Virus genome (UHGV): UHGV-0141068
Reading direction: 5' to 3' (one strand)
From: a virus
DNA length: 28,359 nucleotides
Positions 1 to 10,198 of the stretch are shown here, in pieces. The notes under the pieces were generated by a model. The model was not told where the DNA came from and did no database searches. It saw nothing but the letters and a program-made list of their open reading frames with translations. Position numbers and translations under genes: made by a program. Numbering within the stretch: the stretch's first letter is position 1; the number at the start of each line of letters is the position of its first letter.

Positions 1-370
1 ACCTCCGCAACCCCATGTTTTCACATAACTGTTGCGTTGACCAATTGAATCTACACGTGCCTTCTTCGGCATTATGGTTCGCTTCGCCGTGCAGCCAGGC
101 AGACGACAGTACATAGACCTGACCGTTCGCCAGCTCGGCAGTGATGGTCATCTCATCAGACGAGGTGATTTTGCTCACCGGAAAATTCTTCGGCACCTTG
201 AAGGTCCCTTTGACATAGGGCGCACGGTGAGTTTCCTTGCGGTCCACTGAACCGTCCAGGCCGATGATGTCATCATTGACCGTCCTGTTCATGGGCACCT
301 CAATGCCGCCGGTCAGCGATAGCTGCTGACCGTCAATTTTGAAATAACAGGTTCCCCCGATACGGGCCAT
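1..370 (-). CDS. phage tail tube protein (contractile tail), truncated by window edge
   Basis: ATG at 370..368 overlaps sheath stop (TAATG); frame stays open to position 1 (MARIGGTCYFKIDGQQLSL...); sheath-then-tube gene order; absent from ORF track because no stop lies in the window. Confidence 0.5.
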   Translation of the reverse strand, partial: MARIGGTCYFKIDGQQLSLTGGIEVPMNRTVNDDIIGLDGSVDRKETHRAPYVKGTFKVPKNFPVSKITSSDEMTITAELANGQVYVLSSAWLHGEANHNAEEGTCRFNWSTQQLCENMGLRR

Positions 371-1866
371 TATGCAGACTCCTCTGAATACTGAAGACGG
401 AACTGGTTAACCACGGCAAAGACACGCAACTGGTTAACATAGTCAGGCGGGAACAGCGTGTTCAGGCGGTTCGGATCGCTGGCATCACGCTCCACAACCA
501 GGTACTGCTTAAACAGTTCGTAGTTTTCCACGATCCCCGCACGCTCAAGCTGACGGTAGGTTGCCAGCAGTTCCCCTTTGATCACCGCCGGGGTGACAAT
601 CGCCTGACCGGGACCAAAGCGGGTACCGTCACTGGCAAGCTTGTGACGCCCGTACTTACTGGTAATGACGGATTTCAGTTTGCGCAGTACATACGCGCTG
701 GTATGCAGTGTCTCACTGTCGAGGTAGCTGTTATCCGCAACCCCGTAAGCGTTTTTCCTGTACGTGGTGACATCACGCTGAATGCGCAGTACCCCGCTTT
801 CGACATACGCCGTTGCCACGCCATGAGACAGCAGGGTCTGTTGTTCGGTCATCGTGAACCGTTTCCCCTTCGGCGCAGGCAGCATACCCACCAGCTCACC
901 GGTCTGCGTGGGACGTGCCGGATCGTTGCGAATAAACACCGCTGCGCGGGCGGTACGGCTTGCCGCCAGTTCGTCGGCAGGCGTCTGGGTCTCTTTTTCG
1001 TACCCCGCCAGGGTAATGTGCTGCTGGTTAAACTGGTCACCTGCGGTCACCAGTTCTGACAGCGTGCCGATCTTTGCCGTATACACATGACCATACAGCT
1101 GACGCGCATAGCTCCAGCGACCGCTGGTATCGTTCATCTCGGTCACCAGCGTGTTAACGGAGGCCGTGTCGTTGAACGGCAGGCCGATATAATCAAACGG
1201 CTCATCCGCCATTGCAGCCACCGCGCCGGTGAGAACCGGAGCACCCGTTCCGGCGGTACCCGTCGCCACGGCAATCTGTACGCCCGCTGGCAGCACTTCG
1301 CCCCCACCAAAGCCGTAGTAATTGAGGCTGACAGGAATTTCATTCCCGCAAAGCCCCTTATGACGCGCGGTCAGTGTGACCACACCTGCCGAAGATGAAG
1401 CCGTAAACGGCAGGGCCGGAACGGCATTGATGGCATCTTTGATACTGCTGGCAATCGTCGTGACGTTATCGCCGTTGGTCACCGGAGCCTGCACGCGGGT
1501 ACGTCCCACATAGACATTCACCGTGCCGCTTTCGGTTGCTTCCCCGGTCACCGTCAGCGTAACCGTTGCCGCCGCGCCTGTGGCTTCCGGAACGGCAATC
1601 ACATACAGCTCACCAAACGGGTCGGTCTGGCGATAAGCCTCGACCATACGCGCCAGCTGACTTCCCGCACCACAAATCTGGCGTGCATAGTCTGCCGACG
1701 GCATCAGCACCAGACTGTTGGCAACAATCTCTGCACCGTTACTGGCATGACCAATCAGCAGCGATGCTCCGCTGTCCTGTGCAGTATTCGCCGCCTGGTT
1801 ATCCATTTCCGCATAAAACAGCGGAACCAGCGTATTCGACGGAATGGTGTTAAAGCTTATCGTCAT
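370..1866 (-). CDS. phage tail sheath protein
   Basis: 498-aa ORF, size and position typical of Mu/SfV-type sheath, followed immediately by a small tube-like ORF; family recalled, not searched. Confidence 0.6.
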   Translation of the reverse strand: MTISFNTIPSNTLVPLFYAEMDNQAANTAQDSGASLLIGHASNGAEIVANSLVLMPSADYARQICGAGSQLARMVEAYRQTDPFGELYVIAVPEATGAAATVTLTVTGEATESGTVNVYVGRTRVQAPVTNGDNVTTIASSIKDAINAVPALPFTASSSAGVVTLTARHKGLCGNEIPVSLNYYGFGGGEVLPAGVQIAVATGTAGTGAPVLTGAVAAMADEPFDYIGLPFNDTASVNTLVTEMNDTSGRWSYARQLYGHVYTAKIGTLSELVTAGDQFNQQHITLAGYEKETQTPADELAASRTARAAVFIRNDPARPTQTGELVGMLPAPKGKRFTMTEQQTLLSHGVATAYVESGVLRIQRDVTTYRKNAYGVADNSYLDSETLHTSAYVLRKLKSVITSKYGRHKLASDGTRFGPGQAIVTPAVIKGELLATYRQLERAGIVENYELFKQYLVVERDASDPNRLNTLFPPDYVNQLRVFAVVNQFRLQYSEESA

Positions 1867-2028
1867 CGGTGTTCACCTTTTTATTCACGCGCCGGATATC
1901 ACCCGCTGCTTCACGGCGCAGCCAGTAGTTGTTCTCGTCAACATTTCGCCCTTCGGCGGGCAAAAGGTCGCTGCGGGCAGGGTCAGGCACTGACCGCCCT
2001 TTAACAGGTTTCACAAACATGAGGATCC

Positions 2029-2589
2029 TCAGGAAGGAATGGTTATTTCTGTGTGATGTTCGATATCGCCGTCAGGCCCGTTACCTGGATCGAGATAATC
2101 AACATCAATCGCCAGCGTTTGCAGTTCATCCAGACTGTTCAGATCATCCTGCTGGCGGGTATCGTCTTCAGTCAGCTCGCTGATGACCGAAAAATCGAAC
2201 TGATAAATCAGCTCATGACGATTCAGATCCAGCAGCGTGCCGCCGTCATAGGTAATCGGGTTACCGCACGCCTCCGGGTTCCAGCCCAGCAGAGCCTTAA
2301 AGAGCATCTGCCGGACATCGTCCACCACATCATACGAGGCAAACTGACCGCGCTCATCACGCCCGTTACTCAGTATGACAACCACGGAGAAACCCTCTTT
2401 CAGCGCCTGCCAGTAGTCGGTCTGGCTTTTGTTTTCTCCCGGAGAATCATCACCCGGTACAACATATGCCGCCGGGAGTTTCAGCTTTCCGACCTCCGGC
2501 AGATTTTTGAACTGGGCCGCACCTGCAACCCGGTTTTCAAAATACGGACAGCGGGCACGCAGTGCAGCAATAACAGGCGTCAGTTTCAT
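2029..2589 (-). CDS. phage virion/tail-associated protein of unknown function
   Basis: 186-aa ORF between tail completion and sheath genes; start overlaps upstream stop by 4 nt. Confidence 0.45.
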   Translation of the reverse strand: MKLTPVIAALRARCPYFENRVAGAAQFKNLPEVGKLKLPAAYVVPGDDSPGENKSQTDYWQALKEGFSVVVILSNGRDERGQFASYDVVDDVRQMLFKALLGWNPEACGNPITYDGGTLLDLNRHELIYQFDFSVISELTEDDTRQQDDLNSLDELQTLAIDVDYLDPGNGPDGDIEHHTEITIPS

Positions 2590-3092
2590 CTGTGTCGTCG
2601 CTCCGGCTTCAGTGATTTACGCAATTCCCGCGCCAGAAAATAGCGTGTCCAGCTGCGGTTCTTTTCAAGCGTTTCCATCATGAAGTTATTACGTGGAGCC
2701 AGTCGCCAGCCGCTGCCACCGGATGCACCACGATGATGGCTGCGACGACGCTTTGCCCCTCGCCTCACGCCATAGAACAAAAAAGCCGGATAAAAATCAC
2801 CAGTGATACGGCGGTTTCCCTCTCCATTACGCTGGTTAGGGGCTATACGTGCCATAAAACCAGGGCGATGTTTACTGGCTCTGGGTACCATGTAACCAAT
2901 CGAACGAGCCAGGCGTCCGGTCTGATAACCGGGGTTTTCACCCGGTGCCGACCGCGCACGGCGCATCACCAGCCGACGGGCATCACGCATATGACGCTGA
3001 CCAATCGTGACAAACGCCCGCCGGACACGGGCGCGGTTAAAGCGCATCTCCGTGGGCTGCTGAAAATCAACGTGCAAAAAGGAAGTCGCCAT
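2586..3092 (-). CDS. phage virion morphogenesis / tail completion protein
   Basis: 168-aa basic protein in head-tail joining block; overlapping-stop coupling with neighbours. Confidence 0.5.
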   Translation of the reverse strand: MATSFLHVDFQQPTEMRFNRARVRRAFVTIGQRHMRDARRLVMRRARSAPGENPGYQTGRLARSIGYMVPRASKHRPGFMARIAPNQRNGEGNRRITGDFYPAFLFYGVRRGAKRRRSHHRGASGGSGWRLAPRNNFMMETLEKNRSWTRYFLARELRKSLKPERRHR

Positions 3093-3477
3093 TGCTGCCT
3101 CCGTGACTCTGCCTACATTCGCCCAGCTCCGTACACTCCAGCAGCAGAAAGCGCCGCGCTCCGTTCAGATCGCGCTGACGTTTCACCCGGTACACACTGT
3201 CACCGCAGACCACCTCATAATCAGAGGTGATCCCCCGGCGGTAACGAATGGTGATGTAATGGGTGATGGCGTCTCCGGTCTGCGCGGTTTCCTGCCAGGT
3301 GGTGGCACTGGTCTGGATAACCTTCGCCCATGTACTGAACGCAACCGGGTATTGAGGCTCCACGCCAAAGTTATCTGCGGGCATATCCACCCGCTGGCGG
3401 ATCAGGACGCGTTTATTCAGTTCACCGGGGTCCGGCAGAATGTAGGTTGCGCTGGTCTGTGCCTGGCTAATTTTCAT
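3067..3477 (-). CDS. phage head-tail adaptor / head closure protein
   Basis: 136-aa ORF in conserved position after the gp6-like connector gene. Confidence 0.5.
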   Translation of the reverse strand: MKISQAQTSATYILPDPGELNKRVLIRQRVDMPADNFGVEPQYPVAFSTWAKVIQTSATTWQETAQTGDAITHYITIRYRRGITSDYEVVCGDSVYRVKRQRDLNGARRFLLLECTELGECRQSHGGSNGDFLFAR

Positions 3478-3803
3478 TGCGGAAAGTACCTGTACGGGCT
3501 GACAAGCCAGCCAAAACTCTGCGGCATGTCGAGTTTCTCCACTTCCGTAACCGACGAGCGGTTTTCGTAAAAGTGGCTGATAAGCATCAGCATCCCAAGA
3601 CGAATATCATCCGGCAGGTGCAGCCCGTCCGGATCGCTGTCCGGAATGGATTCATCCGGTGCATAGAGCTTCCGGTTCAGATACGTTTCCGTCCGCTTTT
3701 GCGCCGCACAGGCCAGCAGTTGCAGATGGCGGTCATCGGCATCGAAATCCTCATCCAGCCGGAGTTGGGCTTTAATCTCTTCCAGTGTCAGAAGCATTCT
3801 CAT
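3474..3803 (-). CDS. gp6-like head-tail connector protein
   Basis: 109 aa, N-terminal LTLEEIKAQLRLD motif typical of gp6-like connector family. Confidence 0.55.
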   Translation of the reverse strand: MRMLLTLEEIKAQLRLDEDFDADDRHLQLLACAAQKRTETYLNRKLYAPDESIPDSDPDGLHLPDDIRLGMLMLISHFYENRSSVTEVEKLDMPQSFGWLVSPYRYFPQ

Positions 3804-3999
3804 CCCTCTTTACTGGCCGTGGCTTTTTCTCTTTTGCCGCTTTACTGCTTTTTGCACTGGTTCCGCGCTCTGCTAACCCGGCCTGAAGTGCAATCTCCTG
3901 CACCCGGGCAGGAAGCGCCCCGTCGTCATACTCACCGGCCCGAATGACCTCAACACGCATACCGTCCGGTGACCATTTAAGATCTTGTTTCAGGATCAT
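3772..3999 (-). CDS. hypothetical small protein (possible head-associated)
   Basis: 75-aa ORF directly after the capsid gene; overlaps connector start by 32 nt; weak RBS. Confidence 0.3.
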   Translation of the reverse strand: MILKQDLKWSPDGMRVEVIRAGEYDDGALPARVQEIALQAGLAERGTSAKSSKAAKEKKPRPVKRDENASDTGRD

Positions 4000-4022
4000 G
4001 ATTCTTCACCCTTCAGAACAGG

Positions 4023-4040
4023 GGGCGCGGAACCGCGCCC
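4023..4040 (-). other. GC-rich hairpin downstream of major capsid gene
   Basis: GGGCGCG-GAAC-CGCGCCC perfect 7-bp stem between capsid stop (4049) and next start; no U-tract, so attenuator/stability element rather than clean terminator. Confidence 0.4.
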
Positions 4041-4048
4041 ATGAGCGA

Positions 4049-5254
4049 TTACTTCTCTGCAATCTTCAGCAGTTTGATGGCCTGCGAATCGACCAGCATT
4101 CCGCCGGTGCGCTTGGTGGTATAAAAACCGACAAACGGTTTATTGGTGTACGGGTCACGCAGAATGCGGGTGCCGATACGGTCAACGATGGTGTAACCCC
4201 GTTTGAAGTTACCAAATGCGATGGCTTTCGCATCCGCAGCAATATCCGGCATCTGTTCGTTTTCAGCAATACCGTACCCCAGCAGAGAAGAAGGCTGCCC
4301 CAGTTCCAGCCCCGGACGCCACAGATAGTTACCCTCGTTGTCTTTCAACAGACGAATGGCAAACAGGCTGTTGTTGTTCATCATGAACTTCGCGCCAGTG
4401 CGGTGTGCCTTACGCAGCGTGTAAATCAGTTTGATAATGGCGTCTGCGGTCACCGCAGTCGCTTCGCCGGATACAATATGCTGAAGTTTGCCGAACGCCC
4501 GGACCTTATCGGTTTCATCAGTGGATTCATACGCCAGGAACCCTTTCGGCTTCTTGGTGCCATCGCCTGAGGTAAAGGCAATTTCTTCCTGTTCGGCAAA
4601 TTCGGTTGCCAGCTCGCTGTTGATCCATGCTTCCACGTTGAAAAAGGCATCATCCAGCATTTTCTGGGTGGCCTGCGGGTTACCGTAGATTTCCCCCATG
4701 AAAGGTTCAATCAGGCCCAGTTTTGAGGTGGCAGTCTGGGAGCGCGCGTCAGTCTCGCCAACCCATCCGGAAGCCGTGCCGCCCAGATTCACCAGTTTTT
4801 TGTAGTCGGAACCACCAATGGTGATCACCGTGGCTTCCTGACGCATCACCACTTCATCTTTCAGCAAGGTCAGAATGTTGCGATCCAGCGCTTCCGGCAC
4901 GGCATAGCCGCCGTCTTCATCGGTGCCCACCTGTAATGCCTTGCGCTCCAGATCGCGCAGACCATCTTCACGGCCTTTACGCAGGAAGCCCACAAACGCT
5001 TCTTTATGCTCGGTGGTCAGTTTATTTTGCGCACCACCTGCCGGACGTTTCAGCTCAAGCAGCTCTTTTTCAAGATCGCTTTTGAGATTTTCCAGCTCGC
5101 TGAGTTTTCCGTTCAGGGTTTCCACCTGCCCGGCAAGTTTGCCTTTTTCCTGCTCAATCGCCTCAACGCGCTTGTCGTTCTTTGCTTTGAAGTCGTCAAA
5201 CTTCTGCTGCAGCTCCTGCGCGACCTGTTCGACATCTTTAATATCAACCGCCAT
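4049..5254 (-). CDS. major capsid protein, HK97 family
   Basis: 401 aa with coiled-coil N-terminal delta-like region followed by HK97-fold-like body; follows the protease gene. Confidence 0.85.
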   Translation of the reverse strand: MAVDIKDVEQVAQELQQKFDDFKAKNDKRVEAIEQEKGKLAGQVETLNGKLSELENLKSDLEKELLELKRPAGGAQNKLTTEHKEAFVGFLRKGREDGLRDLERKALQVGTDEDGGYAVPEALDRNILTLLKDEVVMRQEATVITIGGSDYKKLVNLGGTASGWVGETDARSQTATSKLGLIEPFMGEIYGNPQATQKMLDDAFFNVEAWINSELATEFAEQEEIAFTSGDGTKKPKGFLAYESTDETDKVRAFGKLQHIVSGEATAVTADAIIKLIYTLRKAHRTGAKFMMNNNSLFAIRLLKDNEGNYLWRPGLELGQPSSLLGYGIAENEQMPDIAADAKAIAFGNFKRGYTIVDRIGTRILRDPYTNKPFVGFYTTKRTGGMLVDSQAIKLLKIAEK

Positions 5255-5268
5255 CGTATTTCTCCTGA

Positions 5269-5955
5269 TTAGAAGTTCAGATTTTTCAGTGCATTCAGTG
5301 CAGAGCCCACATCCTCAGCGTCGCGCAGGGACAGTGCGCCATAGCCCCCGGCCATGAATGCTTTGGCCTGGGTACGGGAGAGTCCGACATCACGCAGGAC
5401 TCTTTCGATTTTTTTCTGTTCGGGGATTTCCCCGCGGGCCAGTGCGTTCTTGACGTCGCTGATCCGCGCCTCGTCGTTAGACGGGAACGTCACCAGGCTG
5501 ACTTCCCAGAGGTCGATTTCTTTCAGCAGAAAGGCTTCTTTGCTCCGGTCGTATTCCCAGTCTTTCAGGACGTACCCAATAGAAAGGCCGGTTAACGAAC
5601 CGGCCTTCATGTGTGCATGTGCGCGTTTTGCGAGGGGATCATCATCAATAAGCAACCGTCCCCTGACGTAAAGCCCGACATCGTCTTCCTTCATTTCGGT
5701 GTAAACACCGATGGGTTCATCCATGCGGTGCTGCCAGAGCAGCGCAGGTAACGCTTTTCTGTCACTCCACGCCCGCAGGGAAGCAGCAAATGCCCCGGAC
5801 ATCACCACATCATCGTGGCTGTCCTTTACACCAAAGACGGAGCCATACCCTTCAAACTCACCGGAGTCACTGACAGATTTCAGACTCAGCGGTACATCAA
5901 GACGTTGTTTCGTCTGCATTGGCGTTATCCTTCTGCTTACCGGCTTTACTGCCAT
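5269..5955 (-). CDS. prohead protease (HK97 family)
   Basis: 228 aa between portal and capsid genes; true start may be internal because the ORF overlaps portal by 59 nt. Confidence 0.75.
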   Translation of the reverse strand: MAVKPVSRRITPMQTKQRLDVPLSLKSVSDSGEFEGYGSVFGVKDSHDDVVMSGAFAASLRAWSDRKALPALLWQHRMDEPIGVYTEMKEDDVGLYVRGRLLIDDDPLAKRAHAHMKAGSLTGLSIGYVLKDWEYDRSKEAFLLKEIDLWEVSLVTFPSNDEARISDVKNALARGEIPEQKKIERVLRDVGLSRTQAKAFMAGGYGALSLRDAEDVGSALNALKNLNF

Positions 5956-7138
5956 CGGAGGGTTTCGTGGTCATGTTCATCGGTGTGAGATAGACATCAC
6001 CACCGGGTCGTGGATTCATATCTTCCAGGTCGCGGCAGTCATTGGGAGAGTAAATTCCCCAGTTGATCCCGGTGGCGTAGGCTTCAAAACGGGACTTCAT
6101 ATCCCCGCGCAGTAACGCCCCGGCGTTAAATTTGGCGTAATAAACGCCCTGCTTACTTTTTCGTACCAGTCCGGTGTTGATCCGCTGTTCGATGCGGGTC
6201 AGATACGGCACCAGTGAATAGTTGATAAATCCCAGCCCCAGCTCTTCGATATTGTTGAAGGTGGCGCGATCGGTGTTCTGCACCATGTGCAACGGCACCC
6301 GGAACAGACGACAGATTTCTTCAAGCTGAAACTTGCGGGTTTCCAGGAACTGGCTGTCCTCGGCGTTCAGCGCCATCGACTTCCAGTCCAGCCCCATCTC
6401 AAGGATCATCGGGCGGTGAGCATTGCCAAGCCCGGTGTGACGCTCCTCAAAATCTTTCTTCAGGCGCTCATAAGCCTGATCTGACAGCGTCTGCTCTGTA
6501 CGCAACACACCCGACGTCACCGCGCCATTGCTGAACAGTCTGGCCCCGTGCTCTTCGGTCGCTGCCGCCAGCGATATTGCCTCGCGGGCATAGGCGATGG
6601 GATTCAGCCCCACCAGTCCGTCCAGCGTCAGCGTGCGCACATGCCAGATATCCTTCTGGCTCAGTACATCCGTGGAGCCATCCGGGAATGTGACCTGATA
6701 GACCGGCTCCCAGCTACTGTTAAGCTTCGGTACCACACAGCCGGGATCGACGGGCAGCAGTTCAGCCACTTCGCCAAATGCTTTCACTTTGTAGGCGTAA
6801 AAGTTTCCCCGCAGGCACAGACAGGTGACCACCAGCTCCCAGAACTCCTGCGGCGTCATATAGCCATTGGGATGCGTGGAGATCAGCTTATGCAGACGTT
6901 CGCCAGCGGCTCTCTGCTTCAGACTGCCGTTCAGGTGATACAGGTTGCAGGGCAACATCCCGACCGACTCCGCCAGCACCCTGACACAGGAAAAAACCGC
7001 CGTCAGTCGCATGGCCCGCTGGCTGCTGATCTGCTTTCCGGTATAGGTGTCGTAGGACAACCCGATAGCATCCGCCAGCTCTGCTGGCGTGGTCACCGGT
7101 GCGTCACTTTTTCGTTGAAATAATCCCGAAAAGAACAC
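5897..7138 (-). CDS. phage portal protein (HK97 family)
   Basis: 413 aa, follows terminase large subunit, precedes protease and capsid. Confidence 0.85.
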   Translation of the reverse strand: MFFSGLFQRKSDAPVTTPAELADAIGLSYDTYTGKQISSQRAMRLTAVFSCVRVLAESVGMLPCNLYHLNGSLKQRAAGERLHKLISTHPNGYMTPQEFWELVVTCLCLRGNFYAYKVKAFGEVAELLPVDPGCVVPKLNSSWEPVYQVTFPDGSTDVLSQKDIWHVRTLTLDGLVGLNPIAYAREAISLAAATEEHGARLFSNGAVTSGVLRTEQTLSDQAYERLKKDFEERHTGLGNAHRPMILEMGLDWKSMALNAEDSQFLETRKFQLEEICRLFRVPLHMVQNTDRATFNNIEELGLGFINYSLVPYLTRIEQRINTGLVRKSKQGVYYAKFNAGALLRGDMKSRFEAYATGINWGIYSPNDCRDLEDMNPRPGGDVYLTPMNMTTKPSDGSKAGKQKDNANADETTS

Positions 7139-7320
7139 TATTTACCTCCGCCGACAGACGACTGTGTACGGTCGAGATATCGCGCCACCAGCCACGACCA
7201 GAACAGACACAACGCCCCGGCAACAACAAACCCCGCCGGGGGATAAATCAGCCAGGCACCATACGCCAGCAAAAGCGCCCCCAGCACGCCCACCAGAGGC
7301 GCGAGAATCAGCATGATCAT
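7138..7320 (-). CDS. small two-helix membrane protein
   Basis: 60 aa with two hydrophobic segments ([38 protein letters not shown]); packed between terminase and portal. Confidence 0.4.
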
Positions 7321-7331
7321 AATTACCTCAG

Positions 7332-9065
7332 TTAAAGCGAGCGGATCCCATAGGACTCAATGTGGTCAGACAGCGTGTCTTCTTTCTCGTACAGCATGGC
7401 TCTGCCAACCGCCATAATCAGCGCAACTGCACCATCGATTTTGTTTTCCGCCTGCTCTTTGACGGGCTTCACTAAATCATCGTTACCCGGAATGGTTTTG
7501 CCGACCACATTGCCGATACACCAGGTCATGATGGGATTGCCGTCATGATGAAAGCGTCCCGATTCAATCGCTGCCTCCAGCTCTTTCATCGGGTCGGACA
7601 TATTGGCGAAGTTCTGGACGATAGTAACGGGATTCAGGTCTTCATCAGCAAGGTCATGTGACAGCCCGGTCGCTCCGAAAGGGTCGATGGGTGACTCACT
7701 GACCGGGCTGATTTTGTTCGCCGCTTTGGCCTCTTCGAGGATGTAGCGATAATCCACCTCTGCACCATCGGTAACGGTCAGAACGCCCATTTCCACCCAT
7801 TTCTGAAAGCGTTCGGCTGTCCGGCGATCTTCATTTTTCTCGACGCTGTACACCGTGTCATACGGTACCCAGAAACGCGGGGCCACACTGTAGTAATGCG
7901 TTTTACCGTCAATCTCGCGGGTATAAAGTCGCGCCATGCTGTTCATATCCAGCTTACGCGCCAGGTCAAAGGCCAGAATGCACGGCTGCCCCTCGAACTG
8001 CTCAAGAGTCAGTGATTTATCCTCGCAGCTCTGCCAGCTCACCAGGTTGAAATACGCCGAACGCGCCGACACCCAGATATTGAGGTGTTTTGTTTTAAAG
8101 ACGTTTGCCAGACGGGCGTTATTTTTCGCACGCTGCTGCTGACTTAACAAAAATTCGCGATAAACCGACACGCCAATATTTGGATTGGCTTTTTCCAGCA
8201 CCTGCGGGTCGGTCCAGTCGTCACCTTCATCAACGGTATAGATGATCCCGAACAGTTCATCGTTAGGCACCGAGCCGTTGAGCATCTCGATGACTTCCCG
8301 CCGCTTGTCGTAGCACGGCCCCTCAATGTTGTACCCGGCGGTGGTGATGGCCCACATCAGTGGCTGACGTCGCGCCCCCATCCCGGTAAGCATTGTGGTA
8401 TAAAGCGCATCGGTGGCATGCTCGTGATATTCATCAACCACGGCACAGTGGGGTGATGAACCATCACCTGGGTTGCCGATCAGCGGTTCAAACCGCGCGC
8501 CATCCTCCGGACGGTTCATGTTTGAGGCGTTAACCTCAATCCCGAACGCTTCCGTCAGCATGGGTGTGCGTTTACACATCAGTCGCGCCGGGCGAAAGAC
8601 TTCCCACGCCTGTTTCTCTGTCGTGGCACCGGAATACACTTCCGCGCCAAACTCGTTATCACAGGCAAAACAATACAGGGCAACACCGGCAGAGATTGCT
8701 GATTTGCCGTTCTTACGGGGGATTTCGGTGTACACCTCCCGGAAGCGGCGCAACCGGGTGCCTTTATTGACCCAGCCAAACGCACAGCAGATCACAAATA
8801 GCTGCCACGGCTCCAGCGTGATGGGCATCCGTTTGAATGCCCACTCCCCCTTGGTGTGCGGCAACAGCTGAATAAATTTCGCGGCCCGTTCAGCCAGGTC
8901 CTTGTCGAAGCGGTAACGAAACGACTTACTTTTTTCCGCCATCAGGTCATCAAGATGGCGCTGGCAGGCCTGAATCACAAACTGGCAGGCAACAATCTTT
9001 CCGCGCACGACATCCCGGGCATACTGATTTGCAGCATTTACGTTGGGGTAAGATTTCCGGCTCAT
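7332..9065 (-). CDS. terminase large subunit
   Basis: 577 aa with ATPase and nuclease regions; ATGA overlap with small subunit gene. Confidence 0.9.
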
Positions 9066-9556
9066 GATTCGATGATTTTCAGAAACGGGTTAGTGGCTTT
9101 CTTCTTCCCCGCCAGGCCAATCAGACGCTGGCGGCTGCTGGGGTCGAGTCCGAGCATTGCCCCCGTACTGCTCATCTCGGACTCCTGTTCTTTTTTGGCA
9201 GTCAGCTCCGGATTTTTGACCATACCGCCCATTGCACCGGTGATGGTGTTGCCCTGTCTGGCAATATTTTTCACGGCACGTCGCCAGAACTCGTAGGCCA
9301 CGCACCACCGCTCAAGCACCGCAAGGTCAGTCACGCACAGCAGGCCCTGACCGCAGAGTTCTTTAGTTGTCAGTTGCCACATGATCGTAGCGAGAGGGAG
9401 ATCTTCTTCAGCGAACCACTCCGGTGGCTCAACACCTTTGATGGGCGTAAAAACAGGTTCATCTTTATTCAGGGCTCGCTTGCCGGGGTTTCCGGCCAGC
9501 GCCTTGCGCGCCGTTGGCTTGGGGCGACGCCCGGAACGCCCCGCCGTTCCAGCCAT
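9062..9556 (-). CDS. terminase small subunit (P27 family)
   Basis: [15 protein letters not shown]-terminus; AGGAG RBS 8 nt upstream of ATG at 9556 (ORF track begins at upstream GTG 9565). Confidence 0.8.
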   Translation of the reverse strand: MAGTAGRSGRRPKPTARKALAGNPGKRALNKDEPVFTPIKGVEPPEWFAEEDLPLATIMWQLTTKELCGQGLLCVTDLAVLERWCVAYEFWRRAVKNIARQGNTITGAMGGMVKNPELTAKKEQESEMSSTGAMLGLDPSSRQRLIGLAGKKKATNPFLKIIES

Positions 9557-9590
9557 ATGCGGCACTCCTGGTTAAATTTCATTTTTCGCG

Positions 9591-9655
9591 GGTATAAAAA
9601 AACGATGGGGCGGGCAGTCCGGAAGACGTCAGGTCACAGAGATTTGACCCGCCCC
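9591..9655 (-). terminator. candidate intrinsic terminator, possibly within the cos region
   Basis: GGGGCGGG (9607-9614) and CCCGCCCC (9648-9655) inverted repeat followed on minus strand by 7 U (plus A-run 9596-9602); lies between HNH and small terminase genes. Confidence 0.4.
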
Positions 9656-9681
9656 TCCCCTCAGACAGTTGAGAATTATTA

Positions 9682-10032
9682 TCACTTAAGTCGTTCACGG
9701 GCCGTCTTCGCCTTATGACACGGCCAGCACAGACTCTGCAGATTACAGTCGGCATCAGTGCCGCCATGCGCTTTAGGGATGATGTGGTCAACGGTTTTCG
9801 CCTCACGCACCACACCAGCACGCAGACATAACTGACACAGGCCTTTGTCACGCTTCAGGACACCCGCGCGGATACTGTCCCACTTCGAACCATAACCGCG
9901 CTGATGACGGGATTGTCCTGGCTTGTATTGCTTCCAGCCCTCGCTTTTGTGGCTTTCGCAATAGCCTGACGGATCAGTCGTGGTATTGCGGCAACCGCGA
10001 AAACGGCAGGCTTTTGGGGTTCGTGGTGGCAT
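9682..10032 (-). CDS. HNH endonuclease
   Basis: 116 aa with Cys/His-rich HNH-type motifs (CESHK, CQLC, DHIIPKAHGG, CWPCH); directly upstream of terminase. Confidence 0.8.
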   Translation of the reverse strand: MPPRTPKACRFRGCRNTTTDPSGYCESHKSEGWKQYKPGQSRHQRGYGSKWDSIRAGVLKRDKGLCQLCLRAGVVREAKTVDHIIPKAHGGTDADCNLQSLCWPCHKAKTARERLK

Positions 10033-10067
10033 TTATATCCCCTCTTTGGTGCACGCTTACAATGCGT

Positions 10068-10091
10068 AAAAAAGCCTCGCATTAGCGAGGC
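10068..10091 (-). terminator. rho-independent terminator
   Basis: GCCTCGC-ATTA-GCGAGGC hairpin followed on minus strand by U6; separates lysis and packaging modules. Confidence 0.6.
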
Positions 10092-10198
10092 TCGTTTATA
10101 TCTTGAAGGTGAATACTTATTGTCTTATCTATCCACGGGAAACATTAAGATTATTACACCCGTTAGTTGGGAAATAAAACAAAATGCAGGTGGTTTAT

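Noticed and set aside
643-1398. Several plus- and minus-strand ORFs (643..1059, 849..1040, 854..1090, 1087..1398, 1143..1343) inside the tail sheath gene
   Set aside because: Shadow ORFs in alternate frames of a well-supported 498-aa gene; Arg/Cys-rich translations, no RBS
2053-3570. Plus-strand ORFs 2053..2643, 2733..3230, 3103..3570 antisense to head-tail joining genes
   Set aside because: Antisense to a compact, translationally coupled minus-strand operon; low-complexity translations
4923-5357. Ser-rich 144-aa plus-strand ORF over the capsid gene
   Set aside because: Antisense artefact of the GC-rich capsid coding sequence
6548-7123. 191-aa plus-strand ORF over portal
   Set aside because: Antisense to a strongly supported portal gene
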